Positions 24,530-38,596 of a DNA stretch of 64,000 nt are shown here, in pieces. The notes below the pieces were generated by a model. It ran no database searches. It was not told where the DNA came from and worked only from the letters and a program-made list of their open reading frames with translations. Source of the DNA: Eremomyces bilateralis CBS 781.70 (lineage: Eukaryota); the NCBI GenBank assembly GCA_010015585.1, contig ML975150.1; one strand, written 5' to 3'. The first letter of the stretch is position 1. Each line of letters opens with the position of its first letter. Position numbers and translations under genes: made by a program.

Positions 24530-25507
24530 GTCGCGGAAAAAGTCTGCCAGCGTGGCTGCTGACGGATGCTAGCCGCGGAAAGCAATATGTAACGAAAAAG
24601 GCAACCGACAGCACGAACCAAACGAAGGATAGGGAATTTATCTACAATTTAAAACATGTTGATGACATCCAACGAAGAGGATTACCGGGTTCGATTGCCT
24701 CGTAATCCTTTGGTGGGAGACCCGTATTTCGTGGCTGGTCGAGCGTGAAAAGGAGCAGCGATGTGAGAAGTAGGCGGCGAGTTATGCAGGTCTCCGGATG
24801 GGGCGGGATATCAAATCAGTAACAACGGATGGGCCAAAAGCATTCAAGAAGGGAGAATGGGGAGGAGCGGTAGATATACGGAGGAGGGCAACAGCATTGA
24901 TGGTGAAGAGACTTTATTGTTCAGAACTGGAGAGCGAAACAAGAAGAGTTGGTGATGGACGATGGATCGACCAATCAGAGCACAGGATTTCTGAAGGCGG
25001 CCACCAGGGTGGAACCATCTCGTGGCCCAAGGGAGGGAGAAGGTTAAAATGGATCACATATTATCACCTTTTTGTAAGGGGATAATGAATTTGAAACCGT
25101 CGAGAAAATTTAGATGGTATTCACAGCCTGAGACAGTAGAGGATTATTCTATATAAACACAGTACGATATTTGATTCTATTACTTGCATTCGTAGGGTGT
25201 GTGGATGATGGTGAACTGTGTCGTGGTGGCACAAGGGAACAGAGAGACGGAGAGAGAAGTGTTCACAACCAAGCTACCGGGAAGAGACTAGCGCGGCTGA
25301 AACAGGCAACGGCTCCTTCCTCTCTCTCTCCGCCGCTGCTGGTCGCGCTTTCCCTGACATCAACACTTACTCTGCACCTCTATAGTCAGATATTCAACCA
25401 TCGACACTTTACGCTTCACTTAGACTGTCTGTATACTGTGCACTGTGCACTCTACACCTCCACATCTCTATTCTTATCTCTCCAACACCACCTCCCCCAA
25501 CCCAACC

Positions 25508-27100
25508 ATGTCCGAAAAGGGCCCCAGCAAAGAAGACCTCCTCGCCCAACTCGACCTCATCGAATCCGAAGAATACAAGCCCCCCCCCAAATCCTCCCTC
25601 AAATCCACCCGCCCCGCCCACCCCCGCTCCTCCACTGACAAACCCGCCTCCAACCCCCCCACCGAAGCCGACGACTTCCCCGACTTCCCCGACCTCGCCA
25701 AACCCCTCCGCCCCATCACCCCCCAGCTCGCCCGCACCCGCTCCCCCAAGGTCGCCACCCCGCCGTCCACCGCCGCCCCGTCCGCGCGCACGAGCGAGGA
25801 GCGCGGGGCGGTCGGGAGGAAGAGTGCGGAGAGTGGGCGGTCGTTGAGGGCGGTGGGGACGCCGGGGTCGGAGGGAGAGCCGGGGACGGAAGGGGAGAAG
25901 GTGGTGACGGAGGGGGAGCAGGGAGGGGGGTGGTGGGGAGGGTTGTTTGCGACAGCGACAGCGGCGGTGAAGACAGCGGAGGCGGCGGTAAGGGAGGTGC
26001 AGAGGAGTGAGGATGCGCAGCGGTGGGTGGGGCAGGTGAGAGGGAATGTGGGCGTGTTGCGGGGGTTGGGTAAGTGGTGCATTTCGTTACAGTTTGTCCT
26101 TCGACAGTTCGACAGTTCATGTTTACAGGGTATATTGATTTTGGGGTACTGGTACTAATATTGATCGACAGGCGGCGAACTCACGTCCCGCGCCCTCCCA
26201 ACCTTCACCAACATCCTCCACACCCTCGCCCCTCCTATCTCCCAACACGAACGACTCCAAATCCACATCACCCACGACCTTGTCGGCTACCCCGCCCTCG
26301 ACCCCATGATCTACCAGGTTTTCTCCCGCGTCATGTCCCAAGTCGAAGGCGGCGACCTCCTCGTCATCCAGCGCGGCTCCGAATCTGCCCATCGCCGCTC
26401 CTCCTCCGCCGGCGTCCCCGCCTCCGGCCCCTCCGGCTGGAACGACGGCCCCTGGTGGCGCCAGGCTGACGTTAAGCGGGACATAGGCGCCGTCAAGGGG
26501 CTGGTCGAGGGGACGAAACTGGTGGTTGCCGGAGCCGAGGCGTTCGCGCATGAGTTCTTCGCGCAGCGCGGCGGGGTCGAGGAGGCGGCGAAGCAGGCCA
26601 CCGAGGTGCTGAGCGCGTCGAACCCCGTGCGGAGCAGCGATATCTTCCTGGCGATTCAGGCGGTGTCGTATGCCCAGCCGGGCGACCTGTTCACGCGGTC
26701 GGCAAGCGAGGAAGGCCAGGAAACCGGCGGGGTGGAAGAGCCAAAAGAGAGCGAGGAGCTGGTGGTGTTCGCGATCTATCTCCACGATCCGATCCACAGC
26801 ATCAGCTTCCGGTCGCTGAGCCAGGCGGTGCCGTTGAAGTGGATCGAGTGGTTGGATGCCGCGGCGCCGGAGGATGGGACGCCGCCCGAAGAGATTTGGG
26901 AGATCATGGAGAGCGGGGGGCTGGATCCGCGGGAGTGGGTTGCCGAGTGGGTGGAGGAGGTGATTAGTCTTGCGGTCGGCGTCGTGGCGCAGCGGTATGT
27001 TGCAAGGCGGATGGGGGTCGGTGAGGGTGGGTTGGGTCGAGGGAAGGCGAGGCAGGCGGCAGTTGAGTCTGGTGCTGGGGAGCTGGCTCGCGCGTTGTAG
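25508..27100 (+). CDS. MTC1: Maintenance of telomere capping protein 1 family
   Basis: GGWWGG..A.AAVK.AE motif; intron 26070-26171; then TNILHTLAPPISQHERLQIHITHDLVGYP..FSRVMSQVEGGDL and DPREWVAEW..LAVGVVAQRYVARRMG. Confidence 0.82.
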
Positions 27101-27343
27101 TGCGGTTGCGTCTCTTGCCCTGACTTTATGAACGTCCGAATCTGTATGGTTGTCGTTGGAGTTTCTCGTGGGTATCGAATCCGGCGGCCCTCGGTTGGAT
27201 TGACGTCTTTCCCGAGTCTGTGAAAGAAGTCCTCATGGCGTTCGACATCGTGTAATAGCGTCACTTCAGAATATCAAAACATCGACAAACGCCCCTCGCA
27301 CCCATCCCGTCATTACTCGTCTGGAAATTCCACCCCGCCTCCC

Positions 27344-27726
27344 TCACTTCTTCTCCGCTGTCAATGGACCCTTCTTCTCCCCCTTCTTCGCGTTCTTTCC
27401 CACCCGCAGCAGCTCCAGATGTCCCGCCTTCGCCCCCAATCGCTCCTCCGTCACCGCGCAAAGTCCGCCTGAATGTTTCTACACGCTCCGTTAGTTGTTC
27501 AGTCGTTGTTGCGGGTAACGATTCGTAGCATACTTTCATCAACTTCTTCTTCTGGATCAGCTTCGCTTTCTTAGGGGCGATGATTCGAGACCCGCGTTTG
27601 GGGGTGGTGCTGGCCGATCTTTTCGGTGTGTCAACTATGTCCTCCGCATAATCCGAGTGTATGGATGGCTAACTTCTGACCCTTCTTCGCCTGTGCCGCG
27701 CTCTTTTTGATTGCGCCTTGAGCCAT
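27344..27726 (-). CDS. Small basic UPF0390/DUF2462-like protein (three exons)
   Basis: MAQGAIKK...RGSRIIAPKKAKLIQKKKLMK|KHSGGL..TEERLGAKAGHLELL; two GT-AG introns; not in the ORF track. Confidence 0.75.
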
Positions 27727-28499
27727 TTTGCTTTTGATTCGAGGATAACCGGGAATATTTCTTGGGTTTAAGGGTATATGAACTGGAGGTTCCCGATTCT
27801 TGACAGTCCAAAAATTTCGTCAATTTCATGAGAAACGGTGAGACGTGGGGTTGGGGGAGGGCACGTGATGGCGCCGCTTCTCTGCGCTGGCGCCTGGCGC
27901 CAGATGTCAGGCCATAAGGCAACAAGGTATTATCATGGGTTCGGGATCGGATTGATATCCCATGGCTGTCAACTGCCACTGAGAAGGAATACTGAATGCT
28001 CAAGCACGAACTTCTGTTTGACCTTTCCCAATATCGCTCCCACATCAGGTGTAGTGCGGTATCAAGATGTCGTCTGTCATCGCCATGTTCAGACCTCTCT
28101 CCATGCCGGAATTCTCGTCGATATCCTTTGAAAGCCCATTACATGACCCCCATCGCGTTACGGTATGACCTGGTAGCCTCCTATTACGTACTGGTTGACT
28201 GACATTCAATAGCCTCAAAAGACTATAATACGACCGGCGTAAACAGCGGTCTAGGAAGTTCCTAGTGCTATGTAAGAGACATTCCGTATGCTTTATTCTT
28301 TTGCAATTGTCCGCTTGCGGCTACTATACTCGAGTCTTTTTGTTTATTCCTCTTAGCACGAGTCTCCTTGTCCACCACTCCAGCCACGAGTCTCATTATC
28401 TCGGACTTCGTCCAAATACTCTCTCTATGGCTTTCCTTCATGATCACACATCATTCTTGCCCATTCTATACTCCCTAATCCAACCTCCTGCTAACCACC

Positions 28500-29550
28500 A
28501 TGACTCCCAGGCCAATCAACCGCGCCGACTCTAAGGCCTCTAAAGCCTCTAAAGCCTCTACAGCCTCCAAAGCCTCCAGCAACTCCAAGGCCTCCAAACA
28601 CTCTGTCTTGTCCAGCAAATCCAACCTCCGCCACTTCAGCGTCGACACCCTCCGCGGCATGCAGCAGCCTACCATCTCCCGCAAGATCTTCCGCCTCATC
28701 AAGTCCGAGAAGTATGCGATCCGCGCGGCCAAGCTCGCCGGGAGGGAGCGCGCGGCCATCGCACAGCAGCTGACCGAGTGGGGCGAGGACACCGATGACC
28801 ATGCGGTCAGCCAGGTGTCCGATAAGGTGGCGGTGCTGCTGTTGGAGATCGCGAATCAGGAGGAGGGGTACGCGGATCAGTTGGAGGAGTATCGCAGCTT
28901 GTTGAAGCAGATTCGAAATATGGAGAACTCGGTCGTCCCGGTGAGGGAGAAGCATGCGAAGGTGAGTTTGACGGACGACAGAGAAGGAGAATCAATGACG
29001 AGGGTTAATCGGATATCTTTAGCTCAACGACGAATTCGAAAAGCTGAAGCTTAAAGAACCCAACTCCCCCCGTGGCCCCCAACTCCAGAACGAGCTCACC
29101 CGCTCCGAAGCAGGCTATTTAGTCACGGAAGCCCAGCTCAACAACGTCGTACGCCTCCCCGCATCCCCTTCTTCCAGTCGACTAACGCACTGACCCCCCT
29201 TCCAATAGACCCGCCAAACCTTCAAAAGAGCCATCGACCTCCACATCCGCGCCGTATTCGAGCGCGCCGAAAAGCAAGCAATCCTCGCCCGCCACGCGCA
29301 TGAGATGCTCGGCCTCCTCGACGACTCGACCCTCCTGCCCAACGAGACGCGGCCGGTGTTCACTGACTTCGTGGCCGCGCGCGGCGTGCTGAACAGTGCG
29401 GAGGGCGAGTTGGCGACGTGGACGAACAGTTTGCCGGAGTTTCCGACTCCGACAAGGAGGGCGGCGGGGGCGGCGGGGACGGAGGAGACAGGGGCGGGAG
29501 AGGCGGGGAGGGGGGAGGAGGATGAGGAGACGGAGAGGGCTGCGGTGTAG
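28500..29550 (+). CDS. Eisosome BAR-domain protein, Pil1/Lsp1 family (divergent paralogue)
   Basis: FSVDTLRG.QQP.ISRKIFRLIKSEK, QLTEWGE, VSDK; introns 28962-29022 and 29149-29208; exon 2 KLKLKEPNSP..ELTRSEA..LVTEAQLNNV; exon 3 TRQ..ERAEKQAILA; N-terminal (SKA)n 9-bp repeat at 28529-28598. Confidence 0.87.
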
Positions 29551-30584
29551 ATGGGTGGGGACAGGGAGGGTAGTGAAGTATTCTATTTGTGTGTGACTGA
29601 GGTGTTGGATGGGGACTTGCACTGGTCATGGTGACCGGTCTGAGAAGTTTGGTAGGGCTTTCTGGTTTTCCATACTGTATATTATTATCCCTTTGCTGTG
29701 GCTGTCAGTCTGGTGACTGTATCAGCGGACCGAAGGCTATGTTCATAGGTAGCCTCGCAATGCGATATTCGTGTCCTTAATTTCCTGGCACCGGGTTTCC
29801 GCTATTGTGCCCAGGCTAGCATTGTGATTCCACCCCCAAACCTCCATGTAAGTCGAGGGTCTGTTTTGCCCGATTGTTGACGCCATCAACAGTCAAGGGC
29901 CCGTAGACAACATGTAACCGCCCTGTCTCATCATGTCTACTCCTGTCTCGTGTGTCGATCGAACCGCCTTGGCAGTTGGCGCGAAAAGCCGCGAGGTCGC
30001 TTGGCGGCGCCGTCATGACCGATAGCATATCATCGCGGGATTCTTCAATTGGATTATTAAACCGTTCCTCGGATTATGTATTGTGAGGCGACTGAAGATA
30101 TTAGGTATCTAGCACGTCGAGTTCGTATGTACGGTGATGACGATCTTAAGGGTATCAAAATTGGATGCCGATATGTATGTGGCATGTCTAAACAGCCTGA
30201 TCTCAATATCGTCCCTCGCACTTAATCAAATCGACCCGTCCGTTCGGTTTTATACACAATGCGCTTCATAACTGCCACGACAGGACTCATAACCATTTCG
30301 ACCACTGATACAGGCCTTTCACTCCTTCACAGGTCCATATGAACAGCTCCATCATACTCCATAGAAAAGCGCCAAACCGACCCGAGGATAATAAATATAA
30401 GGAAATATAAGCAATGAAAATGTCGTAATAGGAAAAGGAGACGGTCATGCACTCGTTTCACCTCGCGCTGAGGCCGGACCTCCCCTGCTTCAGCTGAGCG
30501 ACCCCTTTCCCAACCCCAAACCACAAACGCTTTCAAACGTCGATTTCCATCCCACCTCGCAGATAGGCGATCATCACATGACCC

Positions 30585-31903
30585 CTACTCCTTCATGCCC
30601 TCATCCTGTGACCCACGCGGACACCGATCCTCAGTAAGCAGCGACGCGATCGCCGTCCTCGGCGCCCCGCTCTCGCCATCCCTCCTTTCCGGGCTCCCCA
30701 CCGCCGATCCCCACGTGCTCGCGCGGCTCTGCGTCGCGCTGCCGTTGGATCCGGCGATGCTGCTGGCGCATGAACCGGCGCGGCTGCGGAGGGACGGGGT
30801 GGGCGGGGGGAGGGTGTAGCCGGCGCGGTCGGGGGAGACGGCGGAGCAGAGGAGGTTGCCGTCGCGAGAGAGATGGGGGGCGCAGTGGTAGAGGCCAGTG
30901 GGACGGTCGGCGGAGGCCGAGAAGGAGATGGGGGGGTAGAGGTGGGGGAAGACGGATTTGGCGGACGAGGTGGTTGTGGATGGGGTGGGGAATTGGGCGG
31001 GGTGAGGGTGGGAGGTGGGGAATTTGGAGAGGGGTTCGGCGCGGGGACTGAAGTCGGGGGTTGGGAGGCGATGGAGTGTGTGGTTGGAGGTTGTGGAGTG
31101 CCATATGGATTCAAGGTGCGCAGGGGAGACGTCGGGTCCGTATTCGGCGGCAATGACGGACCAGAAGGAGGTACGGTGCGCCTCGTAGATAGCACGCAGT
31201 CGGTCAGTGTCGACGGGGCCGGGTTTATCATGGGGTTGAGGGCCATGGAGGATACTATCGCTGGTGTTGATGCGGAGACTCTGGTTGTGGAGCGCCGGCA
31301 ACTGAAATTGCTCGGTACTGGGCTCAGGAGTCCCTTGTTGGCTTTGTTGGCTAGGCTTCGGGAGAAGCATCTTGTGATGAGATGAATGGGCCACCCCGCG
31401 ATGGGGAGATCCATTCACGGAGCAGAAACCTTGAACAGGACTAGTGGATCCAAGACTTGAGGGAGACTCTTGACGAGACGGGCTACGAGTGCCATATTCA
31501 GTCGCTTCGCTGGATGGATATTGGCCGTAGCTGACGGAGCTTCCACTTGACACCGTCGAAGAAGCCGAAGAAGATACAGAAGCCGTCCTTTTGCGGCGAT
31601 GAGAGCCGTGAGAGAGCTGATGATAGTGCAGGCGACAGGCCAGCTCGGTTTTCTTGAGGCGAGCGGCAATATGCTTGTATGGCATCTTCTGCAGGCGTGT
31701 TTGCAAGAGGTAGGTTTCCTGCGACCAGATACATTAGAAATCACGTTGATAAGCTGTGAAAGCTGTAATGGACCTACCTCTTCCTCGGACCATGACCTAT
31801 TGCCTCCGGTGGAAGACATTTTACGTCCAGAAGAGCGCATAGCTGCCCGGCCGTGAACGTCCACCTCAGAAATAGGAGAGACAACGGAGGATGTCTGCAT
31901 CAT
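30585..31903 (-). CDS. Myb/SANT-like transcription factor (Myb gene A)
   Basis: RSWSEEE|ETYLLQTRLQKMPYKHIAARLKKTELACRLHYHQL across intron 31777-31719; second degenerate repeat FWSVIAAEYG..LESIW. Confidence 0.82.
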
Positions 31904-34900
31904 TTGAAGTTCGACGGGAATCTGCCTCGTAGTAGATATACAATGACAACAACACTGTCGTCAAGGGAATATTCGGCGGAGGGTCGTGGCTGTGTGTTGG
32001 TGGATGGTTGTATAGCAATGCCGTTGGCTGCTTGAAGTTGTGGGCGGCTAACTGTGCCGCGATATTCCTCGAAAGCTCCAAACACAAGAATGACCAGGGA
32101 GAGCAATTGGCTTGGGTATGCAGCGGATAAAGGAAGGACGGATTATAATTGGCCTATTGAAGCAACAGTGACAGGAATTGGCCAGCAACAGAGTGTAGTA
32201 AGGAACGATATGCAGCCCAACCAGTGGGAAGTGAAAGAAAGTATGAGGACTGCTAAAAGAAAGACTCCTTTGCCAACGACAAGCAAGCTCTCAAAGGATG
32301 GTGAAGAGTGAACTAACCCAGAACCTCTACCAAAACACGGATGGTTCGAGGATATTATAAGACCAAGAATCATCAAGCAAACCCATTAGAAACAGCATGT
32401 TGATTAGAGTGGCAGAAGATGATGTTCAGTACGTTTTCAAACTCCATAGCTGCAAGGACTTGCGGCAAACCTGAAAAGCTTCAAAACACGATCATCACCT
32501 CGGAGAGACTCTGGGCGCTCTGCCACAATCGATGTGGACCGTACATATTGCCATATCGGGATTCTAGCGGTGTGTGAGAGGCCTGCCTGACCCTTGGCCC
32601 TTGGGATGCACTCCGTACTGGGGAAGAAACGATGATACAAACTCCAGTATCAGTGGTGCGAACGGTGGCTGTAGTGGTGAGCGGATGAACTGTGCCCCTT
32701 GGCCTTGGCGCTGTTCTGCTGCGGGGTGAGGGAGTAAGCATGGGGGTCGGTTCGAAGAAAAGTCCAAAGAGTCTAGGACGAAACCTTGTGAGCATGAATA
32801 TTCTACGAGATATGGTTTCAAAACCAGAGGGTTATGGAATACGACGGCCAGAACGAGCGATGCGGTTGGTGGTCAAGCGAAGTGTCAGACTTGGTGTCTC
32901 CGAAACCATGACGGGGCATCTGCTGAGGGCGCTAACCACTGCAACTCCGCGACCGATGGTGTTTGTGGCTGCTATCGGATCTGGATTAGGGTATGCAAAT
33001 GCCAATCTCCACCTGTTTGAGCCTTTGAGAAGAGAAAAGTAATGTTGAAAAACGCAACAGTCGATAGTTGATGTGCACATTTGGAGAAGAAGCCGCAGGT
33101 TGGGATTGGAATATCGTTGATGCCTGTCTGGGGACTTGGCGCCTTATTCCTGTCTTCACCAACATTTCTAAATCTATCAATTGCCATTGCTCTTCAAGAC
33201 TTCAGCATATTATCCACCCTTAACTGCCTTGTTGATCATGAGAAACAAATAACCCTATGTCATGATGAGGGTACTGAGTAATTTGCGTGTGTTTGGGCAA
33301 TGCTGTTTTACTATATCGGGATTCTTGCGGAAGTCTAAGTGGCGTCGGGCCTCCGACTGACACCGTCTCAGATCTGGGAAAACTTGCATGGGGAGGTTCT
33401 GTCCCAGAAACCAGGGAGTGGTCCGTTTTGGGCTTTGGCTTATCGCAGGAGTATCCCTCCATGCTCTAAAATAGAAGTTCGACGACTTGTCACTTTCACG
33501 TTTGATTGAGTCTGCTTGCTAGGAGTCTTATTCGAGTCGAGACCATCCTATCATGGACTGCAGTGCAATGATGCTAGGTGAAGATTGAAGAGTTGGGGGT
33601 GATACATCGGATCAAAGGCGCAATAGAATTCCTGCATGACATTCCAGTTTGATCGTCTTGCACTAACTTTGACAAGCGCCGTCTATTCATGACTGACAAA
33701 AGATGTTCAAATGTTTAGTACTGGAGTGTATCAAACCGGGGCGAAGTTCTTGGAAATATCTTTGAGAGTCAAAACTTGTCGCAGCGCTTGTTTTTCAAAC
33801 CTATGGGAGCGGTTGTCCCACAAAGTCAAGCTCGACTCTGGAGTCTCAACTTTCTAGGGGGAGTCGCAATATTCAAAATGTGGCTGCATAAGCGCGACAA
33901 ACGTCTGGAGGACCCATTGCCTAGCAAGTAGGGTGGGTGTAAGACACAAATGAAATAAATTGGAACTTGTAAATTACCGAATTAATGCAAGAAAGTAGCT
34001 TATTTCTTTCCATTATTTTCTTACCTAATCAGAAATCTCGTAGGAGCCCTTTGGCGGTTGGATTTCTCGCCCATAAACTTTTATGCCTTAGGCATTAAAA
34101 TATAATGCGCTAAACAAATTGGGTTAGCGATTTTGCGAAATTTACATTGTATTCTTTGTTTCTCACACAAATTTGGGGGTTTCTTCGCAACAAATGTTTA
34201 TTTCATAAATTTTACCCGCCCTACTGAGTAGCAAGGGCCCCGAAGGCTTTAGGACTGTGCACAATCGGAATATCTTCGCATTTCGTGTTTTACCAGCCAT
34301 CACATTCGGGCTGTTCTTGTTCCTCCAGCTATGCCCGCCACCTGATGATACCTCACACCAAGGAATTAGACAAACGGCTGCGACTCTGCGTGCCGGCGCA
34401 AGGTGCGTAGATCACAATACGCCAGCTTGATAGCAGGCAGCGTTCTCTTTGGTTGCCTGGACGGAAGCCACGGACGGACCCGAAAGTCAATTGCTAGCGA
34501 ACTTGAGGGGCAGGATTCATCGCGGAAAAGCCAAAACACCAGGCGACACGGGGCTAATCATCTCCCTTCATGGAGGGTTCGCTAGTTCTCCTGTCCCTGT
34601 CAGTGGCAGCTGTTTCAATCATCTGCTTGCGGTTTTCACATTCACGATTCAACAATCAACACCCTGCTCGATTTCCTGTTCATTGTTCAAGTCCTGATCA
34701 ATGATCGCTCGACCAAAACGACTCGTGGATACTGGATGCATACTATGTAGGTACCATACCCCGAATCGAGTTTGCTTGATTCTTCGCTTAACAACGGATG
34801 GCTCTCTTCCTGATCCAATGCCCCAAGGATTGTCTGTCACTCACATCTGTCATTCACGGGATAAGTGGCATGTGAGGCGTGGCCCTAGACTACAAAGCAT

Positions 34901-37900
34901 GACGTCTACGGAAAGAAGGGTTCGTGCCGGCGCTAGACAAGAAGTGGTGCCTATCATCCTTCGTCACCTTCGAAGTTGACGTTTGATTGCACCTGGGAGG
35001 GTGCTCCGATCTCCGAGTTCTGCTCGAGCTGCACAATGACACCCAATGGATTTCACTCGACCTGCATACCTGCAGGCATGTCTTCCAAACAGGTCATGGA
35101 GACACAAAAGGTTAAGGTTGGTATGAAGGCAAGAGCATGATTCCTCGTTAGAAGAATGGTTGAACAAGTAGTAGTACCTTTACTAGGTTCCAACTGGTGT
35201 AGGAAACTCTTGATGTCGAGCATACCCACACCTCCAGTCTACAGGACTCGAAGCCGTGAGCACATCCGTCAAGACTCAAGAACCATGTGGAAACTATTGC
35301 TCGCTTCGATATCAATCCAGACCCTTTTCGAGGCCGTCTTTGCGACACCCGACCTGGATACACCAGACTCACCAGCAACGTACATTGTTTTTAATGACCA
35401 ACCACATTGTAATCTGGAAAATCGGGCCTGACCTAGCTCGAGCATGTGGGGACTCGTGTTTCCATCTCACACAACGGCTCCGTGAACGAAAGGACATGTT
35501 GGCAGCACAGAGTCGGATGACCCCTCCAACCAGTACGCATTCCCTGCTCGGGGTGCGGAAGTAGAGTGCCCAGATGTCTGGTCCCGAAGTCAAACTGGCG
35601 GACGTTAGCGTGTACGAGTAGTCGAGTACATGTTTGTACCACATGGTCGCCCGTCGAGGACCGGGGCTTGCATAAATTAATAGCGGACTGGTAGGTTGGC
35701 CGGGATGGCTGCAGGAAGGGCATGAGGGGCCGAGAATCAGGAGATATTCCACGGGCTTTTCCGCGCAGTCCGTCCGAACGTATACGGTCTATGGAGTATG
35801 GGGGAATCTGTCGATAGCGAAAGCCCAAAGTCAAAAGAGAGGTCACCGAACCGTGTAGCGAGGAACTTGTACGGAACGGATGAAATTGATTGATAGACGG
35901 GAACAGAACAATGCGGAGAAACCAGGGTGGAAGATTAGCTGTTGGCTGAGCATTGCAAGGAAATTGGAGGCTGGACACTTCCACGGAGGAGAAGAACGAG
36001 ATTCCCCCCTCGCCTTCCCCCGCCTCCGGACATTTTGGCTTCGAATCGCGGGGTCAAAGTCTTGGATGTCAAGGAACTTTGGGCAGTCAGTCTCGCGAAT
36101 TTGCAAATGAAGATTAATAAGTGAAGAGATTCGCATATTACGGGTAAGAATGTTGGTTTTCCATTGGTGTGAATGTCGATCAGGTATTGCCCTAGGCTGA
36201 GGGTCAGGAAGGGTCTCGGCCAGGAAACATTGGAACCAAGTCAACCAACGGGAGAAATAAGCAAATGACATAACAAGGTCATCCATCCAGCGATAATCTA
36301 TCTGCATGAGTCCATCACACGCACCTGGGCTGCAATGGAGCACCCGACAGCCTTCGCGTTCTGTTCTGTACTCGAATCAGCACTCGTCTCCTATCGATTG
36401 GCGCCAGTACAGCTACTCCCATGGCCCATCCCCAGCACTGTTCTTCGCATCCTGTTCAGCCCTTCTGTACACCTTAAGTCTAATTGACCTCTTCTTGTCT
36501 GCAGGTTCTTCATTCTCCCTTGTCCAGCAATGCACCTACTTACCCCGCTTTTGACCTCTCAACGTCTTCGCCTGTCTTGCGCTTGACTGATAACCCAGTG
36601 CCCATCTTTCAAGCCACCATGCCTAAGAAACGGGCCGCCAGTCCACTAACACAATGCAATTTCTTAAGGCACTCTCGTACAGTGACTTGAATCCCCTAGT
36701 CCACTACCATCCCTCTACGATGAGGACCGAGAAGTGATGATGTCTCCTCCACGATACTCCTCCCCATGTACCCCATACCCGGTCACGGCAACCAGGTCCC
36801 CCGCAGGGATTTATGCTACCATTTGGTTAACATCGAGACGCTCAAATCTACTATACTTCGGCCTTCTTCGCCTTTCCTTTTAGACTCGTGTACTTCTGTT
36901 CATTTCGACCTTCGCCCGCGACGCTACGTACGTCATGAGAACCAGTAGCATTTCTGTGCTCCCCTACCATCCTTTGTTCACCTATTGACGTCCTGTCCGC
37001 TCCCCTTAGTCCGGACACTGGGCGCTTTCTCCATCCTGGCCTGCCTTGGTTTCGCGCTGTTCTGACGTGCTCCGACTGGCTGTCCATTGTCGACGAAGGC
37101 TCCTAATATCCTTCCGGTCAACCCTTCCATGTGACGCATATATCGACGTTGCTGGAGCTTGGGTCAGTCGTGGCAGCCTTCGACAACGGCTGGACTTCAG
37201 CTCCATCCGAGACAAGGACTCCCGAGAATCCGATATTCTATCCCGTTCATGGTCACCGTTCGAGTCTTATTCCTCCATTCCGCCTCTCCCTAATCCCGCT
37301 CCACTGCCTCCACTCCCCACCACCCTAGTTCCGCATGAAAGGTTGACGCACATTGATGACTTGCAGTGGCTCAGCCAACTTACTGTCGATCAACAACAGG
37401 TACGAGGTGCGAAGTCAAACGACAATCTGAACGAACCAAGCTCTTCTCCACTCGGTCACTGGTCCATCCCGGATCGCCATCGAAATCCCGGGCGGGACTA
37501 ATCTTGGAGACCTGGACCTCCCTTCTCGTACCTTCGTGTCCCTCCTTGCTCATTTATTTTTCCTAGTGTCACTATATTGAGCTGCCTCTTGTATCACTCA
37601 CCTGCCATCTCATTACGCACGTCACCCCGCCTCCCACGTCCATCAGGCTCAGCTATCCCGAAAGCCCAGCCACTGGTTTGGACCCGTTATTGGAAGTGTA
37701 ATATTATCGAGCTTCGCTTGAACTATTCAACCTCAAGAAAGCGTCCCATATTGTCTCTGCTCCGTCATTATCTCGAGTGCAGATCACTGTCGGACCGGTG
37801 TTCTATTGCCAACTCTCTTGTGCCTGAGAGGATATTCGCAGCCTACATTGTGCCACACACCGCCTTCAGTTAAACTCGAAGAAGCAAGTTCACATTTCCT

Positions 37901-38596
37901 GCACGATCCAAGTCTTATTGCTGCAGGCCAAAAGGTCGAGCTGAAATACGGACCGAGCCGGCGGTTCACCTTTTTTGACAAGTCAGTCATCTGTTCCTCA
38001 TTAAACGAACCAATCGGGCAAATCCACCGGGCAATTCTTGACTTCATTTGCGACTCATTCGACTGTTCAACACGACTGGCTCGGCGCCACTGGAGCGGAG
38101 GACCTTCCTTTTGGTGACTTGTTGTCCCTCGACAAGAACAAAAACAGCAGGTGGTCAACTTCGGCGGTGATCCAAGTACCAGGGATCAACCTTTTATGGC
38201 GGTGTGAATGCACTTGAATAGGAACGATGTCGTAAGTATAGTGCGTCTCTATATGGTACCAGTTGTTTCCAGGGCAAAGGTATAATTACCTACCCTACCA
38301 TCAATCACTTGTATCAGTGTACATCATATTCATGGTTAACACATACCCCTTACTTTGATTCAATAAAGAGCCCTCATTTGATGAGTTGAAGCCGGCTCTC
38401 AAAAGCTCAGATTACAAGATCGGTGGTTCACTATCACTTTATCGTCTTCTAAACAATCATCCCCACTTTCACTGACTGATTTCCCTCTTCACCAACCTGT
38501 GATTCAACCAGTCTTTCGTCTGAGCTTGAGTTTATCCCATCTTGTACTGAATAATCAGCCAGTTTCAGTCTCAGACGACTCGCTAACCCACTCCAG

